DNA of 64,000 bases from Candidatus Eiseniibacteriota bacterium (GTDB lineage: Bacteria > Eisenbacteria > RBG-16-71-46): assembly GCA_963725865.1 (NCBI GenBank), contig CAVSAC010000010.1, positions 512,001 through 576,000 on the forward strand, read 5' to 3'. The position numbers and the translations under genes were made by a program. Below are positions 9,004 to 21,036 of the stretch, in pieces. A model generated the notes under the pieces. That model had not been told where the DNA came from. It did not search any database and was given only the letters and a program-made list of their open reading frames with translations. How positions within the stretch are numbered: the first letter of the stretch is position 1; each line of letters opens with the position of its first letter.

Positions 9004-10062
9004 TGTGAAGTCTAGACAGGTTGTTCACTGGGCGCCTTCAGTCGGCTGAAGGGTGGCAGGCCGGCAAGACTGCCGTGCGGACGCTCACGGTTGTAGTAGC
9101 GCAGCCAGGAGCGCAGCGCCCGGATCCGCAGGCTCGAGTTGCGGTAGGGCATTGCGTACGCCCACTCGCGGAGCAGGGTCTGGATGAAGCGCTCGGCCTT
9201 GCCGTTGGTGCACGGGCGATAGGGCCGGGTGCGCAGATGGCGGAGCCGGAGCGCTGCACAGCCCGCCGCGAACCGCCGCGAGCAATAGCCCGAACCGTTG
9301 TCGGTCATGATGCGCTCCACCTGCACGCCGAGACGTCCGAACCAGGCGAAGGCGCGCCGCAGGAAGCCGACGCTGGTCGCCCCCGTCTCATCGCGCAGCA
9401 CCTCCACGTAGGCCAGCCGCGAGGCATCGTCGATCGCTACATGCACGTACTCCCAGCCCGCACCGCGACACTTGCGGCGGTAGTCCCCGGTGATGCGGTG
9501 CCCGATCAGCCCGGCGATGCGCCCCAGCTTCTTCACGTCGAGATGCACCAACTCCCCGGGCCGCTCGCGCTGGTAGCGTCGCACCGGCTCGGCGGGCTGC
9601 GGGCTGCGCAGGCGGGCGAGTCCGGCGCGGCGCAGGATCAAGGCCACGGTCGAGCGCGGCCGCTGCAGCTGGGCGGCGATCCGCGCCCCGGTCATCCGCG
9701 TCTGCCGCAGCTCCAGGATCAGCTGCTGCCACTCGGCCGGCGTGGCCCGCGGCATCCGCCGCGGCCGCGAACTGCAGTCCGCCAGTCCGGCGGGGCCTTG
9801 CTCGCGATAGCGCCGCAGCCATTTGAAGACGCTGCGTCGGCTCAGGCCCGCGGCCGCCGCGGCCGCACTGATCGACCAGCCCTGCTCAGTGATCCGACGC
9901 ACCAACAGGGCTCGACTCGCCCGGCAGCTTCGTGCTCCACTGTGAACGTTCATCCGGGGCTCCTCTCAGTTGGGGTGGGATGGCTTCGACACCACCCAAA
10001 CTCCAACAGAAGGACCCCGGTTGAACAGAGGACCTCAGTGAACAACCTCTTTGGACTTCACA
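9004..10062 (-). mobile_element. IS481-family insertion sequence (1059 bp)
   Basis: TGT...ACA ends; 27-bp terminal inverted repeats 9004-9030 and 10036-10062 (24/27 identical); 6-bp target duplication CCTAGG at 8998-9003 and 10063-10068. Confidence 0.95.
9012..9953 (-). CDS. IS481-family DDE transposase
   Basis: N-terminal HTH; PGELVHLDVKKLG, AIDDASR, MTDNGS, TNGKAERFIQT, YNRERPH. Confidence 0.95.
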   Translation of the reverse strand: MNVHSGARSCRASRALLVRRITEQGWSISAAAAAAGLSRRSVFKWLRRYREQGPAGLADCSSRPRRMPRATPAEWQQLILELRQTRMTGARIAAQLQRPRSTVALILRRAGLARLRSPQPAEPVRRYQRERPGELVHLDVKKLGRIAGLIGHRITGDYRRKCRGAGWEYVHVAIDDASRLAYVEVLRDETGATSVGFLRRAFAWFGRLGVQVERIMTDNGSGYCSRRFAAGCAALRLRHLRTRPYRPCTNGKAERFIQTLLREWAYAMPYRNSSLRIRALRSWLRYYNRERPHGSLAGLPPFSRLKAPSEQPV

Positions 10063-10063
10063 C

Positions 10064-10717
10064 CTAGGGCGAGCCCGGAAGTTCCAGTTCGGCCTGGCGC
10101 GGATATCGCCTCTTGAGGTCGAGCACCAGCTGGCGGAACGCCGGCGTATCGCCCTGGAGCGGCACGTGGTCGGTGTCGATCTCGAGCACCTCGAGCTCGC
10201 CGCGCGCCCGGCGCATCCAGTCGTCGTACGCGCGGTTCAGGCGCGCGATGTAGTCGATGCCGATGCCCTGCTCGCTCGGCCGGCCGCGGCGCGAGATACG
10301 CTCCATGAGCGTCTCGGGGCTCGCGCGCAGGTAGAGGATGACGTCCGGCTTGCGCAGGTAGCTCGTCAGCACGTGGAAGAGCGCGGTGTAGTTCTCGTAG
10401 TCCACCCGCGTCATCGAGCCCTGCTCGTGCAGGGTGCGCGCGAAGATCTCCGCGTCCTCGTAGATGGTGCGGTCCTGGATGAACGGCACCGGGCTGCGCC
10501 CGATCTCGACCTGCGCCTTGAAACGCTCGCTGAGGAAGTAGATCTGGAGGTGGAAGCTCCAGCGCGACATGTCGGCGTAGAACATGTCGAGATAGGGATT
10601 CTGGATGACCGGCTCGAAGTACGCCTCCCACCCCAGCTCCTCGCTCAGGCGGGTCGTGAGTTCGGTCTTGCCCACTCCGATGTTGCCGGCGATGGCGAGG
10701 AAGTAGCCCTGACTCAA
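10064..10717 (-). CDS. Deoxynucleoside kinase
   Basis: AIAGNIGVGKT P-loop, WSFHLQIYFL, DRTIYED; probable TTG start at 10717. Confidence 0.9.
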   Translation of the reverse strand: MSQGYFLAIAGNIGVGKTELTTRLSEELGWEAYFEPVIQNPYLDMFYADMSRWSFHLQIYFLSERFKAQVEIGRSPVPFIQDRTIYEDAEIFARTLHEQGSMTRVDYENYTALFHVLTSYLRKPDVILYLRASPETLMERISRRGRPSEQGIGIDYIARLNRAYDDWMRRARGELEVLEIDTDHVPLQGDTPAFRQLVLDLKRRYPRQAELELPGSP

Positions 10718-10862
10718 GCGAGATCCCTCTCTGTCGTCGAGAAGTCGGAAAGCCGGGTGGCGGAGGGGCCCGGGACGCATCGCGGACTGCGCGGTCCCGC
10801 CGGGACCCTAGCATCTTCGCCACGCGCGCGAGCGGGAAAAGATCCGACTCCGCGCGCGATCC

Positions 10863-12266
<1,404 letters not shown>

Positions 12267-12268
12267 GC

Positions 12269-14440
12269 TCAGAGCGCCTCCGGCACCGCCGCGAGCGGCT
12301 CCCCGGCCGGCAGCATCACCGTGAACGTGGTGCCCTCGCCGACTCGGCTGGTGACCGTGATGCTGCCGCCGTGCGCCTCGACGATGCTCTTGCACTGCGT
12401 GAGCCCGACACCGAGTCCGGCGGCCTTGGTGGTGCCGAACGGCCGGAACAGGGTGGTGCGGATGAACTCGTCGGTCATCCCCCGCCCGTTGTCACGGACC
12501 TCGAGCACCAGCCGCGGCGCCCCGGTCGCGTCGGGCGCGACCGCGCAGGCGAGGTGGATCTCGCCCGGGCCGGTCAGCGACTCGCGCGCGTTCGTGAGCA
12601 GGTTGACGAGCAGGCGCGACACCAGGCGCCGGTCGAGCGTGACCGGGCCCGCCCCGTGGCACTCGAGCTGGACCTGGATGTCGGGCGCCGCACCGTCCGC
12701 GAGCCCGGCGGCGACGAGCGCCTCGCGCATCACGGTCTTCAGGTCGAGCGACTCCGGGCGCACCTCGGGCGGGCGACCGAGGGCGCTGACCTGCGCCATG
12801 AGGTCGCGCAGGCTGGCCACGGTGCGCTCCACCACGCCGAGCGCGTCGCGCTGGAACTCCGGATTGCCGAGGTGCCTGCGCGCGTTCTCGACCACCAGCG
12901 AGAGCCCCGAGACCTGGTTCTTGATGTCGTGGAGCACGAACGAGGCGAGGCGGTTCAGCGACTCCAGCTGGCGGGTTTCGGCGAGCATCTCGGCCTGGCG
13001 CGCGAACCACAGCGCGGCGGCGAGCTGGCGCGACATCGCGCCGAGGAACTCGGCGTCCTCCTGCGAGTAGTCCTCGTCGGTGCGCTTCTGCGACAGCCAC
13101 AGCAGCCCGACCATCTGGTCCCCGACCGACAGCGGGGCAACCATCGCGGCGTCGAGGGCGTGCACGGTCTCGCGGTTCGCGACCATCACGGCCACCAGGT
13201 CCAGGTCCTGCGCCAGGTCGGCGAACAGCAGCGGCTCCCGCACCGCCGCCAGGTGCTGCACCAGCGGATCGTCCGCCGGGATCACCAGCGCCACGCTGGA
13301 CGGGCCGTGCAGCCGCCGGTACGGGGAGCCGCCCGGCGCCGGGGCCCGGTCGTCGCGCAGGTAGATGGCGATGCGCTCGGCCTCGAACATCGAGCAGACC
13401 AGCGTGTCGATCTGCCGGCACACGTCCTCGGGTCGCGCGGTTGGCGTGATGGCCGCGCTGACACGCTCCCACTCGCGCCGGTAGTCGTAGCGGTTCGCGT
13501 AGAAGTTGCGGTCGATGAACCGCTTCACCGAGCGGTTGGCGCGCGGGCTCACGAGCAGGATCAGCCCGCCGCCGCCGGCGAGCGCGTAGAACGCGAGGCT
13601 CGCGACGTGCTTCCACTCCGGGGTGAGCACCGGCAGGATCCGGGACAGCACCGCCATCGCGAGCAGGAACACGCCCGCGAGCGTGAGCGAGACCGAGGAG
13701 TAGTAGATGACCGGCCGCGCCACCGGCACGCTCATGTCCGAGAGCCGCTGGCGCGCGAGGGAGAAGGACGTCATCACGCCCGAGATGAACACCGGCGCCG
13801 CGCAGGCCGCCAGCCAGCGGACGCGCAGCCCGGAGTAGAGCAGCCCGCCCGAGATCACCAGCAGGTAGGCGAGCACCGCCACCAGGAACGCGAGGTACAT
13901 CGGCCGCAGGCGGCGCTGCGCGGCCGCCGGCGCGGTGCGCAGCATGCGCTCGAGGTTCATGAGCACCGCCACCATCACGACCACCAGGTACATGAGGTAG
14001 ATCTTGCCCATCGTGCCGAGCAGCACCACCGCATCGCCCGCGCGGCCGACCACCCCTTCCACCACGAACGGGGTGTTGGCGGCGAACGCCATGCCGATGC
14101 AGCCCACGAGCGCGAGCGCCAGGTAGGCCCCGGCGCCGCGGATCTCCGGCCACGGATCGCTCCGCGCCAGCACCACGCTCAGGATCAGCCACAGCCACGA
14201 GGCCAGCGCCGACACGAACGCGAGGTACGACGCCCACGGTCGTGCCGTCGCTTCGCTGCTCGCGTACAGGATTCCGAGCGTGCCCGCCTGGAAGGCGGCC
14301 ATGCTCAGGAACGCCGACGCGAAGACCAGCGTGGTGAGCCAGTGACCGCGGCGCAGCAGGGCCAGCATGCCGATCACCGCGGCGAGCATCGCGCTCGCGG
14401 TGACGGTCGCTGCCTGCAGCGGCGAATCCAGCAGGATCAT
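12269..14440 (-). CDS. prsK: Membrane histidine kinase with GAF domain, PrsK-like
   Basis: Multi-TM N-terminus; [22 protein letters not shown]; HATPase GLGVGL. Confidence 0.85.
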   Translation of the reverse strand: MILLDSPLQAATVTASAMLAAVIGMLALLRRGHWLTTLVFASAFLSMAAFQAGTLGILYASSEATARPWASYLAFVSALASWLWLILSVVLARSDPWPEIRGAGAYLALALVGCIGMAFAANTPFVVEGVVGRAGDAVVLLGTMGKIYLMYLVVVMVAVLMNLERMLRTAPAAAQRRLRPMYLAFLVAVLAYLLVISGGLLYSGLRVRWLAACAAPVFISGVMTSFSLARQRLSDMSVPVARPVIYYSSVSLTLAGVFLLAMAVLSRILPVLTPEWKHVASLAFYALAGGGGLILLVSPRANRSVKRFIDRNFYANRYDYRREWERVSAAITPTARPEDVCRQIDTLVCSMFEAERIAIYLRDDRAPAPGGSPYRRLHGPSSVALVIPADDPLVQHLAAVREPLLFADLAQDLDLVAVMVANRETVHALDAAMVAPLSVGDQMVGLLWLSQKRTDEDYSQEDAEFLGAMSRQLAAALWFARQAEMLAETRQLESLNRLASFVLHDIKNQVSGLSLVVENARRHLGNPEFQRDALGVVERTVASLRDLMAQVSALGRPPEVRPESLDLKTVMREALVAAGLADGAAPDIQVQLECHGAGPVTLDRRLVSRLLVNLLTNARESLTGPGEIHLACAVAPDATGAPRLVLEVRDNGRGMTDEFIRTTLFRPFGTTKAAGLGVGLTQCKSIVEAHGGSITVTSRVGEGTTFTVMLPAGEPLAAVPEAL

Positions 14441-15960
14441 CGGTCTCCTCGCTCCGTGCCCGACCGCAAGCGGTCGAGCTCGGCCTCCGCCGCGCGGCGC
14501 GCGGAACCCACCACGCTCCGCTCGGCGACGTCACGGAACAACGATTCCGCCGCGGCCCGTCCTCCCGGCCGCGCCAGCGCCCGCCGGGCGGCGGCGAGTC
14601 CTGCCGTGGCCGCGCCCGGCCGGCCGGGATCGGACCGCCACACCTCGGTGAGCGCCTGCTCGGCCCCGGCGTCCCCGAGTTGCTCGAGGACCTCGGCCCG
14701 GGTCTGGCGCGCGCCGAAGGATACATCCTGGTCGTGCTGCGTGGCGATGATGCGATCCAGCATCTCGATCGCCTGGGCACCCTCGATGCGCGCGAGCGCG
14801 TCCTCGCCGCGCTCGTGGTGGTGCGCCACGATCCTCAACAGGCCCGCCAGCGCCAGCGCATGGGTGGGCTCGGCCGCGCTCAGCGCACGGTACTCGCTGC
14901 GCGCCTGCTCCCAGCGCCCCAGCCGCTCCAGCAGCGTGGCGCGCCGCGAGCGGGCCTCGGCCGCCAGGTCGGGAGCGTCGCCGTAGTCGTCGATCACCGT
15001 CGCCCACACGGCCAGGGCGGAATCGGGCGGGCCGCTCGCCTCCCAGGCCAGCGCCTCCAGCCGCAGCCCGGCCGCGCGCGCGCGCCTGCCGAAGCCGTCG
15101 CGCGCCCAGCGCGCGTACGCGCGGCTGGTGTCCGCCTGCCCGAGGTCGAGCGCGCGCTGCGCCAGCAGCAGCACCGTCTGCGGCGCGCCCGCGCGAGCCT
15201 CGGGGATGGCCAGCACGCGGCGCAGCGCGGAGTAGGCGCCGGGCGCGTCGCCCAGCGAGGCGCGCGCCTCGCCGAGTCGCGTCCAGACGGCGGCCGCGAT
15301 GAGCGGGTCGCGCTCGACCGCGAGCATCCGCTCGAAGCGCCCCGCGGCCGCCGTCAGCAGCGAATCGGCGGCGTGCTCCTCGCCCATGTCCGCGAGCGTG
15401 CGCGCGGCGAGCAGCGGCGCGTCGAGCACCTCTTCGCGCACGTGCTCGCCGGATCCGAACGCGTCGAACGTGGCCACCTGCGCCCACGCGGCGGCCGACT
15501 CGGCGTCGCGGCCCTGCGCGTCGAGCAGCCGCGCCCGCGCGATCCACGCGTCGAGCGCCACGGCGCCGACCGCCGACCAGTCCCGCAGCGCGGTCTCGTA
15601 TCGCTCCAGCGCGACCTGGGGCCGGCCCCGCAGCTCCTCGAACGCGCCGTCGGCGACCACCGCTCGTCCCACCGTCAGCGCCACGTCGCGCGCGGCTCCG
15701 GCACGCGCGGAGCGCGGTGCCCAGGTCGCGGCGGGCCAGCGCGCCGCGATCGCCCGGTACGCGCGCTCGGCGCCCGTCCACTGCGCCTCGCTCGCCAGGG
15801 TCGGCTCGAGCCGGATGCGCGCGACCATCCGCGCGGCGTGCCAGGCCGCGCGTTCGGCCTGCCAGCGCTGCCACAGCGTGTCGTCGCCGCAGCCGGCCAG
15901 CATCCCGGCGAGCGCGGCGAGCGCCGCGAGCGTGGAGAAGTGCCCGCTGCGGTGGCTCAT
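14437..15960 (-). CDS. TPR-like lipoprotein (position expected for PrsT)
   Basis: Lipobox LAGC; helical repeats; ATGA coupling on both sides. Confidence 0.65.
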   Translation of the reverse strand: MSHRSGHFSTLAALAALAGMLAGCGDDTLWQRWQAERAAWHAARMVARIRLEPTLASEAQWTGAERAYRAIAARWPAATWAPRSARAGAARDVALTVGRAVVADGAFEELRGRPQVALERYETALRDWSAVGAVALDAWIARARLLDAQGRDAESAAAWAQVATFDAFGSGEHVREEVLDAPLLAARTLADMGEEHAADSLLTAAAGRFERMLAVERDPLIAAAVWTRLGEARASLGDAPGAYSALRRVLAIPEARAGAPQTVLLLAQRALDLGQADTSRAYARWARDGFGRRARAAGLRLEALAWEASGPPDSALAVWATVIDDYGDAPDLAAEARSRRATLLERLGRWEQARSEYRALSAAEPTHALALAGLLRIVAHHHERGEDALARIEGAQAIEMLDRIIATQHDQDVSFGARQTRAEVLEQLGDAGAEQALTEVWRSDPGRPGAATAGLAAARRALARPGGRAAAESLFRDVAERSVVGSARRAAEAELDRLRSGTERGDR

Positions 15961-16784
15961 GCGCGTTCCTCCACGGCGCCGAGGAACACCAGCGTGCCGG
16001 CGCCGAGCGCCACGAACCAGGCGACCAGCCCGAGCGCGACCCGCACGCCGAGCAGCGTCGCCACCAGCTCGGGGGTGCCGCGCTCGACCAGCGGCGCGGG
16101 ATTGGCGAGCAGTCCGCCGAGGATCGCCGGCGGCAGCAGCGCGACCGCGCACGGCAGCAGCCCGCCGAGCAGGCCGCGGGCCCAGGCGCGTGGCAGCGCG
16201 GCGAGCGCGCGTGGCGCGCCGCGGCGCTCGAGCATCACCAACGCCGGCAGGTAGAGCGCGGCGAGCAGGATCGCTGCGCGCGCGATCGCGAACAGCGGCG
16301 GCGCGAGTATCCCCCCAAGCCCGCCCCCCGGCGTCCGCGCCGCCACAAAGCCGAGCGCCGCCAGCAGCAGGTGCGCGGGCAGCGTCGCGAGCGCCAGTGC
16401 CGGCCAGCGCGCGACGGCGGCGGCCAGCGCGGCACCCGCCTGCGGACGCCCGCCGCGGAAGAACGTCGCGAACGCGTGCGTCGCGGCCCCCGCGACCAGC
16501 GAGCCCACCAGCCAGAGCAGGACCGCGTCGCCACGTGCGAACAGTCCCGGCAGCGCGCGGAAGCCGTCGGGAAAGTGCAGCGCGCGCTCCCCGGCGAGCC
16601 GTGCCACCAACGGCGCGAACGCCCAGGCGAACGCGGGGTGGCTGGGCACGGTGAGCGCCACCACCAGCCCGACCTCGACCACCGCCAGCGGGGCGAACGC
16701 GGCCCACAGCGCGGGGCGGAACAACTCGCGCACGGCGCGGCCGAGGCCCTGCGCTCCCAGCGCCAGCTGCTCGAACGGCCTCAT
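15957..16784 (-). CDS. Hypothetical integral membrane protein
   Basis: 3' part of ORF 15957..17300 from MRPFEQ; several hydrophobic segments; coupled overlaps. Confidence 0.7.
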   Translation of the reverse strand: MRPFEQLALGAQGLGRAVRELFRPALWAAFAPLAVVEVGLVVALTVPSHPAFAWAFAPLVARLAGERALHFPDGFRALPGLFARGDAVLLWLVGSLVAGAATHAFATFFRGGRPQAGAALAAAVARWPALALATLPAHLLLAALGFVAARTPGGGLGGILAPPLFAIARAAILLAALYLPALVMLERRGAPRALAALPRAWARGLLGGLLPCAVALLPPAILGGLLANPAPLVERGTPELVATLLGVRVALGLVAWFVALGAGTLVFLGAVEERA

Positions 16785-17425
16785 CGCGCGCCTCCCTGGA
16801 CCGCCGCGCTCGCGAACAGCGGGGGCAGCTCGCGCGTGACCCGCAGGCCGAAGTCCTGCAGCCGCGCCTCGGCGGCCGCCACGCCGTCCTCCTCCACCAG
16901 CGTCTCCACCCGCACGAACGCGCCCCAGGAGCGATTCTCGAGCATGCCGCGGAGCGCCATGCGCTGGCGGAACGCTCCCGCGTCGGCGGTGGTGAGTCCG
17001 GTCGTGGTCCACCAGTAGTACACCAGCCGCTCGTCGTGGGGCCGCTTGGCCACGAAGCGGTTGGCCACGATCGCCGTCGGGTCGTCCTCCGGGATGCGCA
17101 CGTGCCCGCGGTCCATCAGCGTGTAGCCCTGCGACTCGTAGCACAGCTCGGGGTCGTGCGAGCCGTAGCGGCGGTTCTGGTGGTAGATGAGCAGCAGCCA
17201 CACCGGGTGCCCGTCCCGCTCGTAGCGCCGGATCAACAGGTCGTCCGCCTTCAGCTCGTCGAGCACCGCGTCCTCGAACGACAGCTCGGTCCCGTTCCAC
17301 GCGCCGAAGCGCGTGGGACAGGCGCTCAGCACGCCGTGCCCGAGCGCCAGGTTCGCGGGCGGATGGAGGCCCACGTACGCGGCGGTCCCTCCCAGCAGCG
17401 CCGCGACGACGAGGAAGCGGATCAT
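16781..17425 (-). CDS. epsI: EpsI family exosortase-associated protein
   Basis: N-terminal anchor; LKADDLLIRRY, HDPELCYESQG, LVYYWW; directly after exosortase. Confidence 0.85.
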   Translation of the reverse strand: MIRFLVVAALLGGTAAYVGLHPPANLALGHGVLSACPTRFGAWNGTELSFEDAVLDELKADDLLIRRYERDGHPVWLLLIYHQNRRYGSHDPELCYESQGYTLMDRGHVRIPEDDPTAIVANRFVAKRPHDERLVYYWWTTTGLTTADAGAFRQRMALRGMLENRSWGAFVRVETLVEEDGVAAAEARLQDFGLRVTRELPPLFASAAVQGGAR

Positions 17426-18294
17426 GCCGCGCCCCGGGCGGCCGGGCGCGGCGTCAGCAGCACGCGCAGCCCCATCAGCGCGGCCAGCGCCACGGCGTAG
17501 ATCAGGTAGCCCGAGACGTCGTGCATCGAGCCGGTGGCGTGCTTCACGTCGACGTAGTGGCCGACCAGGATCAGCAGCGTGATGCGGGCCGCGTTCCCCA
17601 GCATCGCGATCGGCACCGCGGCCACGGCGATCAGCGCCTTGCGCCACCCGGCGCCCGGCTGCAGGTAGCCGAACACCGCGCCGGTCGCGACCAGCGACAG
17701 CAGCGAGCGCAGCCCGCTGCACGGGTTCTCGATCCCCAGTACGCCCGTCGACAGCACCAGCGACATCCCGTCGCGCTGCAGCACCACGCCGAGCGCCTCG
17801 GCCGCGTGGGTCGAGAGCACGACGGTGATCTCCTTGAGGGCGTACGAAAGCGTGTTCATCACCACCGGCGGGAACGTGAGCATGAAGCCGAGGTAGGCAA
17901 GCGGGAACGCCAGCCGCGCGGTGAGCGCGTCCCCGAGGAACGTCAGGCTCGCGCCGAATCCGAGCGCCAGCAGCGACCAGCCTTGCAGCGCGAACACGTC
18001 CGCGCGCACACCGGCCACCTGCATCAGACAGCCGAGCGCGATCAGCGCGATCCCGCGCGCGTCGGGCCGCACCGGTACGCTCCGCAGCCGCCGGCGGTCC
18101 AGCCACACCAGCGCAGCGGAGACCAGCGGCACCAGCGGCCCGTGCGAGTAGTTGTCGTTCGTGGTCCAGGTCGTCCACAGCGATGCGAACGTGCGGTGGT
18201 AGGCCGCCGCCACGAGCGCGACCAGCACCGCCGCCTTCACGAGCGCGGGGCCGGGGGTGCGGCGCGTCGAGGTGGGGATCGCGATGGCGCTCAT
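17422..18294 (-). CDS. Exosortase (EpsH family)
   Basis: Multi-TM; YSHGPLVP, NPCSGLRSL (catalytic Cys), GNAARI (Arg), MHDVSG (His). Confidence 0.92.
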   Translation of the reverse strand: MSAIAIPTSTRRTPGPALVKAAVLVALVAAAYHRTFASLWTTWTTNDNYSHGPLVPLVSAALVWLDRRRLRSVPVRPDARGIALIALGCLMQVAGVRADVFALQGWSLLALGFGASLTFLGDALTARLAFPLAYLGFMLTFPPVVMNTLSYALKEITVVLSTHAAEALGVVLQRDGMSLVLSTGVLGIENPCSGLRSLLSLVATGAVFGYLQPGAGWRKALIAVAAVPIAMLGNAARITLLILVGHYVDVKHATGSMHDVSGYLIYAVALAALMGLRVLLTPRPAARGAA

Positions 18295-18313
18295 GGGTCT
18301 CGGGCCGTCACAC

Positions 18314-20119
18314 TCAGTACACGCCGCGCGACGAGAACAGCGTCACGGCCGTGCGGAACAGGATGAACACATCGGTCCAGGGCGACACGTGCTCGAGGTA
18401 CCAGCGGTCGTAGGCGACCTTGCGGTCGAGCGGGATGTCGTCGCGACCATGGATCTGGGCCCATCCTGTCACACCGGGTTTCAGGGCGTCCACCCCGGCG
18501 GCCTGGCGCAGCGCGATCAGGTCGTCCTGGTTGTGCAGCGCGGGGCGCGGCCCCACCAGGGTCATCTCGCCACGCAGCACGTTGATGAGCTGCGGCAGCT
18601 CGTCGAGGCTGGTGCGCCGCAGGAAGCGACCGAGCCGCGTCACGCTCGCGGCGCGCGGTCCCATCAGGTGCGAGGCGAGGTCCGGGGTGCCCACCTGCAT
18701 GGTGCGGAACTTGAGGATCGAGAACTCGCTCGAGGCGCGTCCGATCCGCCGCTGTCGGAACAGCGACGGCCCGCGCGAGTCGATCCGGATCGCGATCGCG
18801 ATCAGCATCAGCACCGGCGCGAGCACCAGCAGCAGCACGCCCGCCACCAGCACGTCGCACGCCCGCTTGGCGAATGCGGCGAGTCCGCGCGGCCGCGGCG
18901 CGATGGCGCGCCCGCGCGCGCCGCGCTGCGCGGACTCCACCAGCCGCACCAGGCGCTCGCCGAGCGCTCGGCGCGAATACTCGCGCTCGACGAAGCGCGG
19001 GCCCGCCGCTGCCAGCACCGCGCGCCGCGCCGGATCGGCCGCGAGCGCCACCAGCGCCGCCGCGAGCGCCGCGCCGTCGCCGGGCGGCACCACCACGCCG
19101 CCGCCGGAGGCGTCGACGACGGCCGCCGCGTCGCCGCGCACCGCCGCCACCACCGGCACGCCGCACGCCAGGTAGTCGAACAGCTTGACCGGGATGGTCT
19201 CGCCGGTGAACTCGTGGGCCCGCGTGGTGGCGACGCACGCGTCCGCCGCGTGCAGCAGCGCGACCAGCTCGCGCGGTGCGACGCTGGGGCGGAACTCCAC
19301 GTTCGCGAGGCCGGCGGCGGCGGCGCGCTCCATCAGGGCGGGCTTCGCCACGCCGTCGCCCACCAGCAGGAAGCGGATGTCCGCGCGCCCGCGCAGCCGC
19401 TCGGCGGCGTCGAGCAGCGCCTCCATGCCGTGCACCAGCCCATGGGTGCCCGCGTAGAGCGCCGTGAACGGCGTCCCGACCGGCCGCGCGGGCGCGGGCG
19501 TGAACAGCTCGGTGTCGGCGCCGTTCGTGATCAGCGCGAGCCGGCCGGCGTCGAGGCCGCGCGCGGCGAGCGCCCGCTGCATGCCGGGGGTCACCGCGAT
19601 CACCCGCGCCGCCCGGCGCTGCAGGAAGCGCGAGTTCGCCTCCAGCAGCCGGGTCGCGAGCCCCGGCGTCATCTCGCCGAGCGCGATCGCGGCGTGCGGC
19701 CAGTCGTCGCGCATGTCGAGCACCAGCGGCGCGCGGTGGCGGCGCGCGGCGAGCCACGCGCTGAGCCCGAGGAACAGCGGCGGGACGCTGGCGATCACCA
19801 CATCCGGCGGCGGCCCACCGAGCGCCACGGGCAGCGCGGACCACGCGAACGTCAGGTGGTTCCACAGCCGCGTGAGCGCGGTCTTGCGCGGCGTGGCATA
19901 CAGCCACACCCGCTCGACCGTGACGCCGTCGAGCGTCTCGGTGGCCCGCCGGGTCGCAGCGTACTGCGGCTGGATCACCCCGCCCGGGTGGTTCGGCAGC
20001 CCGGTGAGCACCCGCACCTGGTGCCCCGCGCGCACCAGCGCGCGCGCGAAGTGGAGCGCCCGCGCCGGTGCCGCGCCGGTCTCGGGCGGGAAGTACTGGC
20101 TGATCAGCAGGACGCGCAC
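18314..20119 (-). CDS. GT4 (WbuB-like) glycosyltransferase fused to a PglC-like phosphoglycosyl transferase
   Basis: SQYFPPE...PVKLFDYLACG, then KRACD...KFRTM...SLDELPQLINVLRGEMTLVGPRP...KPGVTGWAQ in one frame. Confidence 0.85.
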   Translation of the reverse strand: MRVLLISQYFPPETGAAPARALHFARALVRAGHQVRVLTGLPNHPGGVIQPQYAATRRATETLDGVTVERVWLYATPRKTALTRLWNHLTFAWSALPVALGGPPPDVVIASVPPLFLGLSAWLAARRHRAPLVLDMRDDWPHAAIALGEMTPGLATRLLEANSRFLQRRAARVIAVTPGMQRALAARGLDAGRLALITNGADTELFTPAPARPVGTPFTALYAGTHGLVHGMEALLDAAERLRGRADIRFLLVGDGVAKPALMERAAAAGLANVEFRPSVAPRELVALLHAADACVATTRAHEFTGETIPVKLFDYLACGVPVVAAVRGDAAAVVDASGGGVVVPPGDGAALAAALVALAADPARRAVLAAAGPRFVEREYSRRALGERLVRLVESAQRGARGRAIAPRPRGLAAFAKRACDVLVAGVLLLVLAPVLMLIAIAIRIDSRGPSLFRQRRIGRASSEFSILKFRTMQVGTPDLASHLMGPRAASVTRLGRFLRRTSLDELPQLINVLRGEMTLVGPRPALHNQDDLIALRQAAGVDALKPGVTGWAQIHGRDDIPLDRKVAYDRWYLEHVSPWTDVFILFRTAVTLFSSRGVY

Positions 20120-20130
20120 GCGGCCGGCCC

Positions 20131-21018
20131 TCAGGCCTTCGCCGCCACGGCCAGCTGGCGCTTGGCGTGCCCGTGCGCGAGCCGCCACTGGCGCTGCAAC
20201 GGTCGCAGCAGCCCTTCGTACACCGGCGTGGGCAGCGTCCCCAGGCCGCCCCAGTAGAGCTCGTGGTGCACCATGCGCAGGCCGTTCGCCTCCATCACGC
20301 GCCGCATCTCGGCGGGCGGGAACGTGCGCTCGACCGCGTAGGCATGGGTGATGCCGTCGGGTGCCGTGTACTGCTGGCTCACCTCGGTGCGCAGCCCGGC
20401 GAGCCGCGCCACGTGGGCCGGGTGCGCGCCGTTGATGTCCCCCACCACCAGCACGCCGCCGGGCCGCAGGTGGTCGCGCACCGCGCGCAGGAAGTCGTCG
20501 AGCGGCTCGATGTGCGACAGCGCGTTGTACACCCACACCAGGTCGGCGTCGGTGCTCCACGTCCGCGTGAGGTCGGCGCGCTCGTAGCGCACCGGCAGCA
20601 CCTCGCCGGTGCTCTCGCGATGGAATGCCAGCCGCAGCTGGGCCGCCTCGAGGCGGTCGGGCCGCAGATCCGCGCCCACCACCTCGGCGCCGACCGACGC
20701 GTACAGCATGGCGTAGGTCCCGAACCCGGAGCCGGCGTCCATGACGATCGGCCGCGGGCCGGACGCCACGCGCTCGGCCAGCCAGCGCGAGGTCCAGCCC
20801 GCCTCGCTGCGCCAGAAGCCGCGCAGGTAGCGGCGGATCCCCGGCTCGTCCCCCGGACGCGGCAGCTTCTTGTAGTAGTCGGCGAACGCCTCGCGCTCGC
20901 CGGCGGGCAGGAAGCGCGCGTGCGCGGGGTATTCCACCTCGATGGTCCAGCGCACGAAGCGCTCGAGCGCGGTGCGCGCATCGGGGTGCGGCGTGGTGGG
21001 CGGGGCTGCGTCGCTCAT
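20131..21018 (-). CDS. Class I SAM-dependent methyltransferase
   Basis: MDAGSGFG, ALSHI and LRPGG motifs. Confidence 0.85.
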   Translation of the reverse strand: MSDAAPPTTPHPDARTALERFVRWTIEVEYPAHARFLPAGEREAFADYYKKLPRPGDEPGIRRYLRGFWRSEAGWTSRWLAERVASGPRPIVMDAGSGFGTYAMLYASVGAEVVGADLRPDRLEAAQLRLAFHRESTGEVLPVRYERADLTRTWSTDADLVWVYNALSHIEPLDDFLRAVRDHLRPGGVLVVGDINGAHPAHVARLAGLRTEVSQQYTAPDGITHAYAVERTFPPAEMRRVMEANGLRMVHHELYWGGLGTLPTPVYEGLLRPLQRQWRLAHGHAKRQLAVAAKA

Positions 21019-21036
21019 GGTCGGGCGCTCCTTGGC

